The position numbers and the translations under genes were made by a program. Shown here piece after piece: positions 13,640-24,975 of a stretch of DNA of 64,000 nt (positions are counted from its first letter, which is position 1; every line of letters starts with the position of its first letter). Under the pieces are notes generated by a model. The model saw nothing but the letters and a program-made list of their open reading frames with translations, was not told where the DNA came from and made no database searches. The stretch is from NCBI GenBank assembly GCA_025558095.1, contig JAIVFI010000001.1, positions 1,054,001-1,118,000 on the forward strand, read 5' to 3'. The DNA is from Hyaloraphidium curvatum SAG 235-1 (lineage: Eukaryota; Fungi; Monoblepharomycota).

Positions 13640-13864
13640 TGCATCGTCCGACCCCAGGTCCGTTCCGTGAATCGCGTGTCGGAGTTTGTCGCGAATCCGC
13701 TACATACCACCCGGGGGTGCCCGGCTTAGCGTTTTCGTACTGCCCGGGTTTTCGCAGCCTGCGATCGTTGTTCCCAGGCCAGGCTCCCATCGCATCACGG
13801 TGCGCGCGACCCAGGCCTTTGGCGGCGTCGACGACTGAAGCTGACCATCGGCAACGTATCGTAG

Positions 13865-15153
13865 ATGCTGCCGGCCGCGCGCTCGGTGTTCGCCAAGGGC
13901 GTGAGTGCCGTTGGTCGCGGCGCCGCGGTCGCCGCCACTCACCGCCATCCGCAGGCCGTCCGCCCGTTCTCGGCGTCGGCCCCCTCGGCCTTCGCCAAGG
14001 CCGTCGATGCGCCCGCGGCCAAGGCCCCGCTCATTAAGAAGTTCCAGATCTACCGATGGGTGCGGCGGGTGGAGCCGGACCGGGAGAACAACAAGCTGAC
14101 GCCTCTCGCCGTGGCCCGCCCCGTAGGACCCGGAGAACCCCACGGTGAAGCCCAAGCTGCAGGAGTACTCGGTCGACATCAACGCCTGCGGCCCCATGGT
14201 CCTGGACGCCCTCCTCAAGATCAAGAACGAGATGGACCCCACCCTCACCTTCCGGAGGTCGTGCCGCGAGGGCATCTGCGGCTCCTGCGCCATGAACATC
14301 AACGGCGCGAACACCCTGGCGTGCATCTCGAAGATTGAGAGGGACGCGTCGAGCGGAACGAAGATCGTGCGTGGGCCGATTGGTTTTCGCCTTCCCGCAA
14401 CCTCACCATTCTCGCTCCAAACCTACGATATTAGTACCCTCTTCCCCACCTTTACATTGTGAAGGACCTCGTTCCGGTGTGTTCTTGTCGCAGGCCCGAG
14501 GGCGGAGAGGCTTGAGAGTGACTGCCCCGCCCCAGGACCTGACCCACTTTTACCGTCAGTACAAGTCGATTGAGCCTTGGCTGAAGCGCAAGGACGTCAA
14601 CACGGTAGGCTTGTCGGCCGTTTTCAAAGGGCTTTGGTAACAGCCCCGTGATTTGTCTTCACAGACCGGGAAGGAGAACCTGCAGTCGATCGAGGACCGG
14701 AAGAAGCTCGACGGCCTGTACGAGTGCATCCTGTGCGCGTGCTGCTCCACGTCGTGCCCGTCGTACTGGTGGAGTGGGTTCTTTTTGCGGCCTTGCCTTG
14801 TGCCGTTCCTTACCTCCGTGAACCAGACTCGGACGTCTACCTCGGCCCCGCCGTGCTCATGCAGGCTTACCGCTGGATTGCGGACTCGCGTGACCAGTAC
14901 GGCCTGGAGCGCCGCGAGGCTCTCCAGAACACCTTCAGCGTGTACCGCTGCCACACGTGCGTTCTGGCAGTTACGGTCCGACCAGCTTGCTGACCGATTC
15001 CCCCCCTCCCCCAGCATCATGAACTGTGCTCGGACCTGCCCCAAGGGCTTGAACCCCGGCAAGGCCATTGCGGAGATCAAGCTGCTGATGGCGAAGGTGG
15101 GTGAGGCGTCCTCCGGACTGGTAGCACCGCTAACAATCCTTTAGGACGGATAA
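13865..15153 (+). CDS. SDH2: Succinate dehydrogenase iron-sulfur subunit
   Basis: Mitochondrial presequence; [72 protein letters not shown]; many short introns. Confidence 0.97.
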
Positions 15154-15295
15154 ATCAACGGCGGCTTCGGATGCTTTACATCCTGTTTGCCCAAGGGGTG
15201 CGCATCTGCCCGTGGCTTGATTCCCATGAAGCGGCTTCGTGTACCTTTCGGGCAATCAGGATGCCATTCCCGACCATCCGCCGTCCACAGTACAT

Positions 15296-17932
15296 TCAGT
15301 AGCTCCGTCCCCACATGGCATATCGCTTCGCGGGATGGTCGCAAGCAAAGCACTTGGTTTGTCCGGGGACTATCGGGTTCTCGGTCGGCTGCGCGAAGGG
15401 AATGCACAGGGTCTTGGCTCCCATGGACGGAGCCTTCTCGTCCACGGGCTCATCAGCGGTGGCGCTGCAAAGCGGAGGTTATGGTCAAGCATCCAGATTC
15501 ACCGCGCCGACACCCACGCCCTGGCACTCCGCTCCTTCACGGCGTCTTCGCAGTCAGTGCGTTCGCACCACGGAGTCAGAATCCGGTTCTTGGCATCCAG
15601 GGTCTTGACGAAATTGTCAAAGGTCTCTAGCCGGACAAGGTGCTCGTCCGCCACTTTCTTGGCATCGGAGAACATCTTGGCCTGGATATCTTCCAGCTCC
15701 TTTGCGATGGTGTCGGCGAGCCCGTCCAGTGAAATCTGTTTCTTCTCGCCGCCATATCTCCGCACGGCACGGGTCTCGTTCTTCGCGAGATCGGCAGGAC
15801 CGATTTCAAGGCGGATCGGAACTCCCTGAGGAACTTGTCAGGCTTTAGGAATGTCATAATGGGAGCTGGCACGTACCCTTAGCTCCCAGTGATTGAACTT
15901 GAACCCCGGCGAGTAGTTGTCGCGCATGTCGGCTTTGCTCCGGATGCCGGCCGCCACAAGGATCGCCGCAATCTCCTCTGCCTTGTCGTTGATCCTCTTC
16001 CCGTCCTCGGCGGACGTCTTGACGGTGATGCCAACCGGAACAACGACGACCTGCACCGCAGCAACGCGCGGGGGAAGCACGAGCCCCTTGTCGTCACCGT
16101 GCACCATCACCATGACGCCAAGCGTGCGCGTGGAGAGACCCCAGGAGTTTTGCCACACGTGCACGCGCTGCTTCTGCTCGTTCTCGATCATGATGTCGAA
16201 CATTTTGGCAAAATTCTGGCCCAGGCAGTGCGACGTGGCCCCCTGGATGCCGCGCCCGGTGGCAGGGACGTACGCCTCGGTCGTCGTGGTGTAGAGGCCG
16301 CCGGCAAACTTCTCCTTCTCCGACTTGACTCCCTTGATCACCGGGATGGCCAGGAGCTCCTCGTAAACACGAGCGTAAAGGTCCAGAATCTGGAGCACCT
16401 CCTTGTCGGCCTCTTCCTTGGTGGCAAAGGCGGTGTGGCCCTCTTGCCACAGGAACTCTCGCGTTCGCAGGAAAGGCTCTGGAAAGACGGAAACAGTCAG
16501 ATAATGGTGTTGAGCGAGATCGCAGTGTCAGCGGCGTAAGCTAATCTTCGGGATCAATCAGCCATCGCGACAACAGGGCCTTGCCCACGTAGCGTGGATA
16601 TGAAACCCCGGTCTCCAACACCCGCGCCTCCAGCGAGTACTTACGGGGATGCTTGAACTCCCAACGCACAACGTTGCACCACTGGTTCAGCCGCAGCGGC
16701 AGATCGCGGTGGCTCCGAACCCATTGGGCATAGTAGGGGTACATGACGGTCTCGGAAGTCGGGCGAACAGCGACGGGCTCTGCGAGGTCCGATTGTCCTG
16801 CTTTGGTTACCCAGGCCACCTCAGGGGCGAAGCCTTCGACGTGGTCCTTCTCCTTCTCCAATGCTCGTGCCGAAACAAACATGGGGAAGTAGCAGTCCTC
16901 GACGCCGAGCTTTTCAATTTCGCCCCCGAAGAATTCTGGTGTCGCGAATTCGTTAGCCTTGACACATCATGCACGGTTGAGGAAACCGACTCTGAATCTC
17001 CTTCCAGATCTTGAATGCCCACGGGCGGATGATATAGCAGCCGCTAATGTCGTAGTAGTCGAGCATTTCAGACCGCCGGAGAACCTTGGGGACAACTTAG
17101 TCCCCGTGAGTTCCGGGGGTTGGGCGACAACACACCTGCGAGTACCAGGTCGGCAAATCCTCCTCTTTCTTGGCCTGAATGCCAATCATGACCTCCTTTT
17201 GCCCTTCCGCCTTGTCCGCATCCTCCTTTGCGCCCGCTGGCCAAGAAAAGACCATTAGTAACGCTCCCCCTCCGAAGACGGCGCAATCAGACCTTCCGCA
17301 GCAGCCTTCTTCTCCGCCTTCTTCGGAGCCGGAGCTGCCGCGGCCGACGCCGGGGCGGCGAGGGCACCGAGATCCAGGGTGACCATGTCCAGCGACTGCG
17401 CTTCAAGGAACTTCAGCAAGGAGCCGGCAGCGACGACGATGCTCGAGTCCTTTGCCGGGGTCCGGAACAGCAGCTTCGTGGAAGGCTCCAAAGCCCCAAT
17501 GCTCTGGTCCAACACAACATTAAGCTGCGATTTGTCCTTCAGGTTCAAGACCGAAAACGGCGAGGCTTCGAAGTGGAGAAGTCAGTCAAACCCGGCAGGC
17601 CGCGCCGAGCCCAGCTCACCCTCGTTCTTTCCGACTCCCAAGGTGCTGGAGATGAAGTCCTCGGCGGCCATGCGGGGCTCCTTGGCCTGAATGGCTTTGC
17701 CGACATTCGAGACGGAAAAGTCTGACGACGCGAGAGCCACGACAAGGAAGGCCGGTCCAGACTTCGGTTTAGCGAGCATCGTCTTTGTAAGGGTGAATGA
17801 AGAGGCATCGGCGCCGCTCTCCTTGAGCGCATCGCCCCATTGAGCGATGTTGTCCACGGCGGAGTGGGACTTCAGCTCAAAGTCGAGTGCCAGGCCCTTC
17901 AGGGCGGCCGCCAAAGCCTCGACGTCGGCCAT
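15296..17932 (-). CDS. Cytoplasmic prolyl-tRNA synthetase with N-terminal YbaK-like domain
   Basis: [75 protein letters not shown]-terminal AKTLCIPF...WGRSY*. Confidence 0.96.
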
Positions 17933-18275
17933 CGCAGTGTCCTAGGATTCCAGGAGCCGGCAAAGCCAAGCTTCGCGTCTTCGAGAGGGGCTGACCGCGC
18001 GAGAAACGCCTTTTGTTGAGCGTCCTCCTGACGATCGAGCCGCGCCGCTGCACGACTCCCGAGTCCTCATCGCGCCCACCCGCTCCCCAACCGGGCAGAA
18101 GCGGTTGCCCATATCTGGTCGCGTGTGCTTCATTTGTTTTGAGCCTGCTTCGCATTTTCGGGCTCCGCTACCGTCTTGAGGCATCGGAAGGAGCTCTGTG
18201 CAGCGAACCGTCTGCGGACCGAACTGGACATCTGAACATCCGCGGGGTGGCGGGTGCTCGCGGCTTGTTTCCGGA

Positions 18276-19347
18276 ATGGCGACCCCAGGTGGCTCCATCG
18301 CGGAGTACATCGCGGAGCGGAAGAAACATGGCATGACTTGGTTGGTGGAAGTTTGCACCTTCTCCCTACCCTGTCCGAGACGAGCTGGCCCTCAGGGAGC
18401 AATTTCGGGAGCTCAAAGCGAAGCGCGATGATTCGCTTTTCAACGACCGGGAGATGCAGGCCTATCGCAAAGTGCGTGATCGCCTCTTGGCAGGTATTCG
18501 GGGCGCTGACTGTGACAAGCAACTGGACGAGGACAGGAAGAGCAAGATCAAGGAACGGGACGACGAGAAGCGCAAAAAGGAGAAGAAGGAGAAGAAGAAG
18601 GACAGATCGAAGAAGAAGCGGTCGTCCAAGTCGAAGCGGAAGAGGTCATCGTCGGACGACTCCTCGGACTCTTCCAGCACGGACGATTCGGAGGATAGGA
18701 AGCGAAAGAAACGCAGGGAGCGCCGCAGCGCGAGCGAAAGTCGCAGTCGTAGTCGCTCACCGGGTGACGATCGAAAGCGGTCGAAGCGGCGGAACCGCTC
18801 GGAGTCTCGATCCAGATCTCGTTCGCGCGATCGGGACGGACGTCGACGGAGGGACAATGACGACGTCGATCGGCGGAGACACAATAGTCGGCCGGATCGG
18901 GGGCGCTCGGATGACGAGGACCGGGAGTTGTCGCGCAGAGAGCGCGCGGAAGACCCACGGCGCAGTCGGAGCCCTTTGGAACCCCGCCGAAGCCGGAGCC
19001 CCCTGGATTTTCGAAGATCCCCCGCAGAAGAAAATCGGACTCGGGCCGCGGACAATCGCCCGAGCGATGACGAGAGGGTGAGAGGCGTGGTCTTGGGGCT
19101 TCTTCAATGAGCCGAGCTTACTGTTTTCCAGGAGGAGGGCGAGATCGACGATAACCACGCGTCGCCTGAACGCAAGCATCGCCACCATCACCACCGGCGG
19201 CAGCATTCGCACGGCAAGGATCAGTTGCCTGACGATCCGCGGGCTGCAATCTCGATGTCGCGTTTCATGCACGATCTCGGAGGGGAGGACTCTACGTCGG
19301 TGGCCTCTACTGAAGGAGAATCCTCGCGGCGGCATCGTAGACAGTAG
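18276..19347 (+). CDS. Lys/Arg/Ser-rich nuclear protein, FAM133-like
   Basis: N-terminal GGSIAEYIAERKKHGMTW|EQFRELK...FNDREMQAYRK|QLDEDRKSKI, then KKEKK, SSSDDSSD and RS-dipeptide tracts; spliced last exon ends RHRRQ*. Confidence 0.6.
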
Positions 19348-19456
19348 ATCTCGTGTTCGCCTCAAAACGGAGCACCAACACCTCTTCTGCTGAGACCAAT
19401 TCAAACGTGCCCCTTCGGAAGCTTTCCTGAGCGCCAGCGCCGATCAGGAAAGCGCC

Positions 19457-20405
19457 ATGGAAGTCAATTGGGAGGCCCTCAAGAAGGGCGAGGTGGATCT
19501 GGGCGTACGTGCCGCGGGGGAGGAGGCATTCGCGCTCGCGTGCTCAAACGCGTCGCCGGCGCCAGACGACGATCATGTCGGTCCAGTTTGCCGGAGGAGT
19601 CGTTGTCGGAGCTGATTCGAGGACCACGACGGGATCCTACATCGCAAATCGGTGCGTCGGGCCGTTGCGACGCGCGTGGGCGAGTCCGCGCCTCCTCACC
19701 GCGCAACGCGTCTGCAGGGTCACGGACAAGCTGACGCCCGTGCACGACCGGATATTCGTGTGTCGGAGCGGTTCGGCAGCGGACACGCAGGCCATCTCGG
19801 ACATCGTCCACTACTACCTGCAGATGTACACGTGGGTTCCGTCTCCCGCGCTGCCCACGCAAGCGCCAACCTCCGCACTCCTCAGAGTCGAGCACGGCGA
19901 GCCGCCGCGAGTGGAAATCGCGGCCAACATGTTCCGGCAGCTGATCTACACAAACAAGGACGCGCTGTCCGCGGGCATCATCGTCGGGGGCTGGGACAAG
20001 TACGACGGGGGCAGTGTATGGACCGTGCCGCTGGGAGGGTCGCTTCACAAGCAACCATATTCCATCGGAGGTCGGTCGTCCATTTGTGGCCCGATGACGG
20101 ACCTTTTAACGCCCTTGACGTTTCCAGGCTCTGGGTCGACCTACATTTACGGCTTTTGCGATTCCCAGTACAAGGAGAACATGACGCGTGATGAGTGCAT
20201 CGAGTTTACGAAGAAGGGTGCGTAGTCTGCTCTGCCTGGATCGTGGTGCAGCGCGCTGAAATGCCCCCCAGCTATCGCACTCGCAATCCACCGCGATGGC
20301 TCTTCGGGCGGCTGCATTCGGTTAGCAGTCATCGACAAGGATGGCGTCGAGCGAATCTTCATCCCGGGCAACGAGCTTCCGTACGAGGAGACGCAGAAGT
20401 TTTAG
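19457..20405 (+). CDS. PRE3: 20S proteasome subunit beta-1
   Basis: Propeptide [16 protein letters not shown]|[29 protein letters not shown]; [11 protein letters not shown]; [10 protein letters not shown]; RDGSSGG. Confidence 0.96.
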
Positions 20406-21730
20406 ACGTTGTGCATGTCTCGTAACGAACAAGGACGATACCACCGAACCATTTGCCTTTCGGCTTCCAGCTTTTCTTTGCTTACCACTTCAGCACTTCA
20501 GCATGGTGTCTGGTCCATGCATCGGCTACTTGTGACAATGTCTCCTGTCCAATCTCGAAGTCTTCCCTCTGTTGCCATTAGGCATCAGGCGCATGAGCAG
20601 GTCGATTGGTTTTTTCACCGAATTCAGTCCACAGCACCTTACTCTGACTCACATTAAGGCGTTTTGTGCAGTATTGGTCGCGACGCCGGGCGCGCCCCGG
20701 ACGGGGATATAGTGGGGCTGTATTAGCAAACCGGACTTTCTAACCGATGTCTGACCTAACAACCAGATAGGTGACCCGGCCGTGCTTTGTTTTTGGTGAA
20801 AGACCGTTCCATCCAGGCCATGGCGTTTTTGCAAAGCAGTATTTCGGAGTGTCCGGATTGTGTCCGGAGGCTTTGTAAATACACACACGTGGCGCCGCTT
20901 ACGTGGCGCTCGTCGCAAGAACTACAAAAGCGGCGCCCGGGTGAATCGCCCGCGGACATCATCACCCACAACTCGGCCCCTTTGCTCCCCAGCATAGAGC
21001 GATGCGGGCCCGCAAGCGCAAGAAAAGCTTCCCGGTCGCGCTCTCGCTGTTGGGGGCGCTGTCCTGGTGGGAGCGCGAGCGCCGCGTGTGCCCCGTCCCC
21101 GTCGCCTTCTCACGGCGTCTTTCGACAGTGCCGGTGCCGTCAGGCACAGGAGCCTCATCCACGACGGCCGTGTTCTCGGCTCATTGAGAGAAGTAGGTCT
21201 CACGGGGTCGCGCCGGAACGACACACCGACCTGACCATTCTCCAGCACCCATCTTCTCTTCTTTTTTTCGCTTCTTTCTTTCTGTTACCGGCTGCAACGA
21301 CGGAGGGGCGACGAGCGCACGGGCGCTGCGCGGCGCCGAGGGCCGGAGACCGCCGATCGACTCGAGCTGGACTCCACGTGCATCCTCTTGCACCCCTTGG
21401 CATTGTGCGCAACTGTGGGGCTCGGAGCTCCATCAAGCCTACCTGCATGTGCACTATCCTGCCCGTCGCCCATGGATCTCCAACGTTGCCTTCGTGGTGA
21501 AACAACGTGTGGGTGCAAGCCTGCATTCGCCCTGCGAGCGTGCCGGCCAACGCCTTGCAGATTGATCTGGAGAATTCGTGGGCAGGGAAGGATATCAGGT
21601 GGCAAGTCGTTAATGACAGTAGCCAGAAAACTAGTAGCGGCGTCGAGACCGTCGAGTACGGATTTCAGATGTAGCCGCACTAAGGCTTGCGGGGGCGTTC
21701 CGCCGCCGTTCCCCGCCTCAAACTTACGCA

Positions 21731-22092
21731 ATGGTCGGCAGTCGTTTTCTGCAGCGCGCCCCGGGCTCCGCGAGCCGCGCAGCGGGGTCATCTGCCTGGG
21801 GAGCTTCTTTCCGTCTCCGACCGTCTCATCCGCGTTTCCCCCCCCTGCCCGCCAGGCCAAGGCCGCGAGCACCAAGTCGACCCCGCGCAGGAGGGGCCGG
21901 ACTGCCTGGACCGAGTGCGCGTCCCGCGCGCCACCTGCGGCCGGGTGCTCATCCCGCCCACGCAGCTACCTCAAGACCGAAATCCCGCGGCTCAAGAGCG
22001 AGAACCCGGACAAGGTCCACAAGGACCTGATGAGGCTCGCTGGAGAGAACTGGAAGACGGCGCCCGAGAACCCCAACCGCGAGTCGGATTGA
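21731..22092 (+). CDS. Small YABBY/HMG-box-like protein (~62 aa, 3 exons; first coding exon is ATG only)
   Basis: ATG|gt...cag|AKAASTKSTPRRRGRTAWTD|YLKTEIPRLKSENPDKVHKDLMRLAGENWKTAPENPNRESD*. Fits the single HMG/YABBY pattern (E-x-x-R-x-K-x-x-NP...H-K...A-x-x-W). Confidence 0.7.
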
Positions 22093-23629
22093 TCCGGCCC
22101 TTTCGCACGGTGGGCTGGCCAGGAAGCGAGGGTGCTCGATCGTCCACTAAGCCCGCATCCTACGCAGCTCTATACCTGCGATACCCACACGGCCGCATGG
22201 ACACGGCCGCCTGTCGGACGAGCGAGGACTATATCGTATCATAACCTGTAACACCACAGCCGATCTGTAACACGAAGCGGACTTCCACCCTACCCGTGTC
22301 TCGCTGGCCGCCACGAAAGTCTTCAACGAGTCCGTCCGATTCGAATCCGCAGAATCCGAGGTCAGCTTGGACTTGCTGCGTGAAAACTGGGCCACCTCAA
22401 GCTTAAGAAGTCCTGTCGAGAACTGGGGAGGGTGCTGGCACAGCTCAAGAGCCTCGGGCGATGTGCCGAAACGGCTTGAGCTCTGCAATCCCGAGTATTG
22501 GTGCCCAGCTGCAATTCAGTTGTTTGGCTTCTTGCAGTCTCTTATCCAGAAGGCGGAATCCGTGGTGCCCGAGGCGGCATGGTCCCGATGCTCCAAACGG
22601 TCGCCAAAACCCCAACCAAGGCCGAAAATGCGCGGTATCGGGTCTTTCAAAGCAGCTGAATCATCAACGTCCGCAGCCGCCTGTCCACCGCGCGGGAATT
22701 CCCGCCCGTGAGCACCACCTCCGTGGAAGCTCCACCAGCCCGGCTTCGCAAACACGCCGGCGACCTCCGGCTCTTCGGTCCGCACCCGGCTGCCCCGGTG
22801 TCCGACTGCCTGCCCCGGGCGGGAGGGACCGCAGGACCCGTCGCTGCGCGCGAGGAACCCGCGGGGAGCGTGCCAACCGGCTCCGGGAGCGGGCGGGCTC
22901 GCCGTGCTGCCGAAGCGGCTGCCGTCGGTGCAGCCGTGAGGGAACAAACGCGGCCGGCCGTGGGAGCCTTCCTGTGGGCGTGTTCCGAGCCCGGTAGTCC
23001 GGGGATGGCGCCGGGCGGGAGAAGCATGCGGACTCGGTCGGGAGCTCGGATACGCCGTCCCGGGAACGCTCGGCGTGCGAAGCTCGCAGCCCGCAAATGC
23101 CGGAAAAAAATGGGGCGGCGGCGCTCGTTGCAGCAGGCGACGGGCGATGGGGAGCGGGGTGCCCGGAGCGGTGACGGTGCGCGTTGGGCCGGAGCCGCGG
23201 TGATTCGACCTCCGAGCCGCCCCGCGGCCTCGAAAGACGTCGATGAGAGCGGCCCGAGTGGAGCCGCCGGCTTAATGCCGCGGGATGGAGAAAACGCAGC
23301 GCGGGTCGACGAGGCGGGTTGGAACTTCGGACGCGCCGTTCCGGGCCCGGCGCCGCCGGCGGCGCGGAGCGCAGAGCGGGGGCGACGCGTCGGCGGTGTG
23401 CGCGGGTGCTCGCGGGCCTCCATCGGCGCGGGCGCCCGCGGGGTGATTGACCCAAACAATGGAGGTGCCTTGGCTGTGCTCGGAGCCGATTTTCAAAGTC
23501 GTCGCCGGGGCTCCGCCGCCCCCGGGCCGGCTGCATCTCGGTCTCGGCTGGCTACCTGCGCGGCGCGGCGGCGATCGGCCGGGAGGGAGGGCGTGGAGGG
23601 GCCGCCGAAGGTTCCCAGCCAGCCACGAC

Positions 23630-23637
23630 TATAAAAG
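23630..23637 (+). promoter_or_regulatory. TATA box of the left orphan HTH gene
   Basis: TATAAAAG in very GC-rich context, ~115 bp upstream of ATG 23746; conserved in the right arm. Confidence 0.65.
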
Positions 23638-23745
23638 GCAGGGGCGCCGGCACTGTTTGGCACAGGCATCAGTGTCATCACACCCCGCCGCCATCGCCGC
23701 CGCCGACGCCGCCTGCTGCCGCTGCATACCCTGACGCTGGCAAGC

Positions 23746-24975
23746 ATGTCGGGCGACGGGCGCTCGCGCATTGGCCGCGCGTTCGACGGTGTGCGCCGCT
23801 TCGTTGCCCGCACCGTGGCCGCGCTCGCCCCGCGCCCGGACGCCCCCGCGCCGGCCGCCCCCGCCTCCTCCCGCAATCCCTGGGCCAAGCTCGCCCCGAT
23901 CGGCGGCCGGATGTCGGCGACGGAGAGCGGCTTCGCCCGAGCGCCGCCGGTCGCCGTGCCGGTCGCCGCTGCCTTCTCCGCCCCCGCACCCCCGGCCCCG
24001 GAGCCCACCCCCTCCCCCGTGGACACTCTCGCCGACACCGGCGCTGCTCCCTGCCCGTGCGCCTCGGCTGTCGCCCTCGCCAAGGAGATGTACTACCTGT
24101 GCGGCGCCGGGCTGTCGCTCGTGCGCCTCATGAGCAAGCTGCGCTGCCACCCGGACGCCGTCCAGGCGCAGCTGGACAAGGAGGTCGCGGCCTACCGGAC
24201 CTACTTGCTACTCAAGAAGGCCGGCGTCTCGGTGCAGGAGGTCGTCGAGCGGGCGGGCTCGCAGGCCGAGGCCGTCAGGCAGCTCGCGCTGCTGGTGGAC
24301 GAGCTGGAGCAACCCGAGCCGGAGCCCGCCGAGCAGGCCGCTGTGCAAGCCCCCAGGGAAGCCGGCGTGCCTGCGACGGAGGGAATGCTCGAGGCTGCCC
24401 AGAAGCCCGAGGACGCCTCCGAGCTCGTCAGCGATGCACCCCTCGTGCAAACCCGCGTGGAAGCCGAGGTGCTCGCTGAGCTCGAGGATGCGGCCGGACC
24501 TCAGAGCCGCAGCCCGTTCCGCATCGGCCAGAGCGCCTTCAACGAGCGCAGGCGGTTCTGGGAGACCATGATCGCCGCCGGGAGCGCTTCGTCCCTCGTG
24601 CAAACCGACTCGGGAGCCTGGGACAGCGCCTCGGAGGACATGCAGCCGGTCGTCGCCCCGCCCGCCGTGCAAGCCCTGGTGGAAGCCGGGGCGGGCGACG
24701 ACAAGCTGTCGGTCTTCAGCTCGGAAGCCGACTCGGACACCCTGAGGGGCAGGTCCTCTGACGACCTGTCCCCGTCGACGCCGACTGCTTCGATGGATGA
24801 CATGCTCATGGGACTGCCGGACGCGGACGCTGTGGAGCCGCATGCCGGCAGCACGGGCGTGGAGGAGGCGGGATGGTCCCAAGGGCCCCGCCACCCCCGC
24901 CCGACCCCATCCCTGGGGAAGCAGTCTTCCTTGAGGCGGTTTGTGCGGTCGCGGGGTGCGCAGAGCGCGCAGTGA
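23746..24975 (+). CDS. Orphan 409-aa protein with two tandem HTH-like motifs (copy 1)
   Basis: ATG ORF with GC3-rich codons. LCGAGLSLVRLMSKLRCHPDAVQAQL and LLKKAGVSVQEVVERAGSQAEAVRQL; Pro/Ala-rich N-terminus, acidic C-terminus. Confidence 0.65.
   Translation: MSGDGRSRIGRAFDGVRRFVARTVAALAPRPDAPAPAAPASSRNPWAKLAPIGGRMSATESGFARAPPVAVPVAAAFSAPAPPAPEPTPSPVDTLADTGAAPCPCASAVALAKEMYYLCGAGLSLVRLMSKLRCHPDAVQAQLDKEVAAYRTYLLLKKAGVSVQEVVERAGSQAEAVRQLALLVDELEQPEPEPAEQAAVQAPREAGVPATEGMLEAAQKPEDASELVSDAPLVQTRVEAEVLAELEDAAGPQSRSPFRIGQSAFNERRRFWETMIAAGSASSLVQTDSGAWDSASEDMQPVVAPPAVQALVEAGAGDDKLSVFSSEADSDTLRGRSSDDLSPSTPTASMDDMLMGLPDADAVEPHAGSTGVEEAGWSQGPRHPRPTPSLGKQSSLRRFVRSRGAQSAQ

Noticed and set aside
16587-16603. 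GCGTGGATATG resemblance to the bacterial purine riboswitch P2 loop
   Set aside because: It lies on the non-transcribed strand and the other conserved riboswitch joining sequences are absent
20715-20885. Imperfect inverted ends (tgtattagcaaa..ccggac / gtccgga..tttgtaaataca) suggesting a MITE
   Set aside because: Match is short and gapped, no TSD, single copy in the window
21380-21674. Possible spliced fragment ...AFVVKQR|IDLENSWAGKDIRWQVVND...YGFQM*
   Set aside because: No supportable start or family resemblance; may be a relic but cannot be called
22338-22348. GATTCGAATCC resembling a tRNA T-loop/B-box (also in the right arm)
   Set aside because: No cloverleaf or convincing A-box could be built around it
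22647-23634. Long ORFs on both strands upstream of the orphan gene (and at 40361-41200)
   Set aside because: Arg/Ala/Pro/Gly-rich shadow ORFs of very GC-rich DNA; a 10-nt indel between the arms breaks the frame
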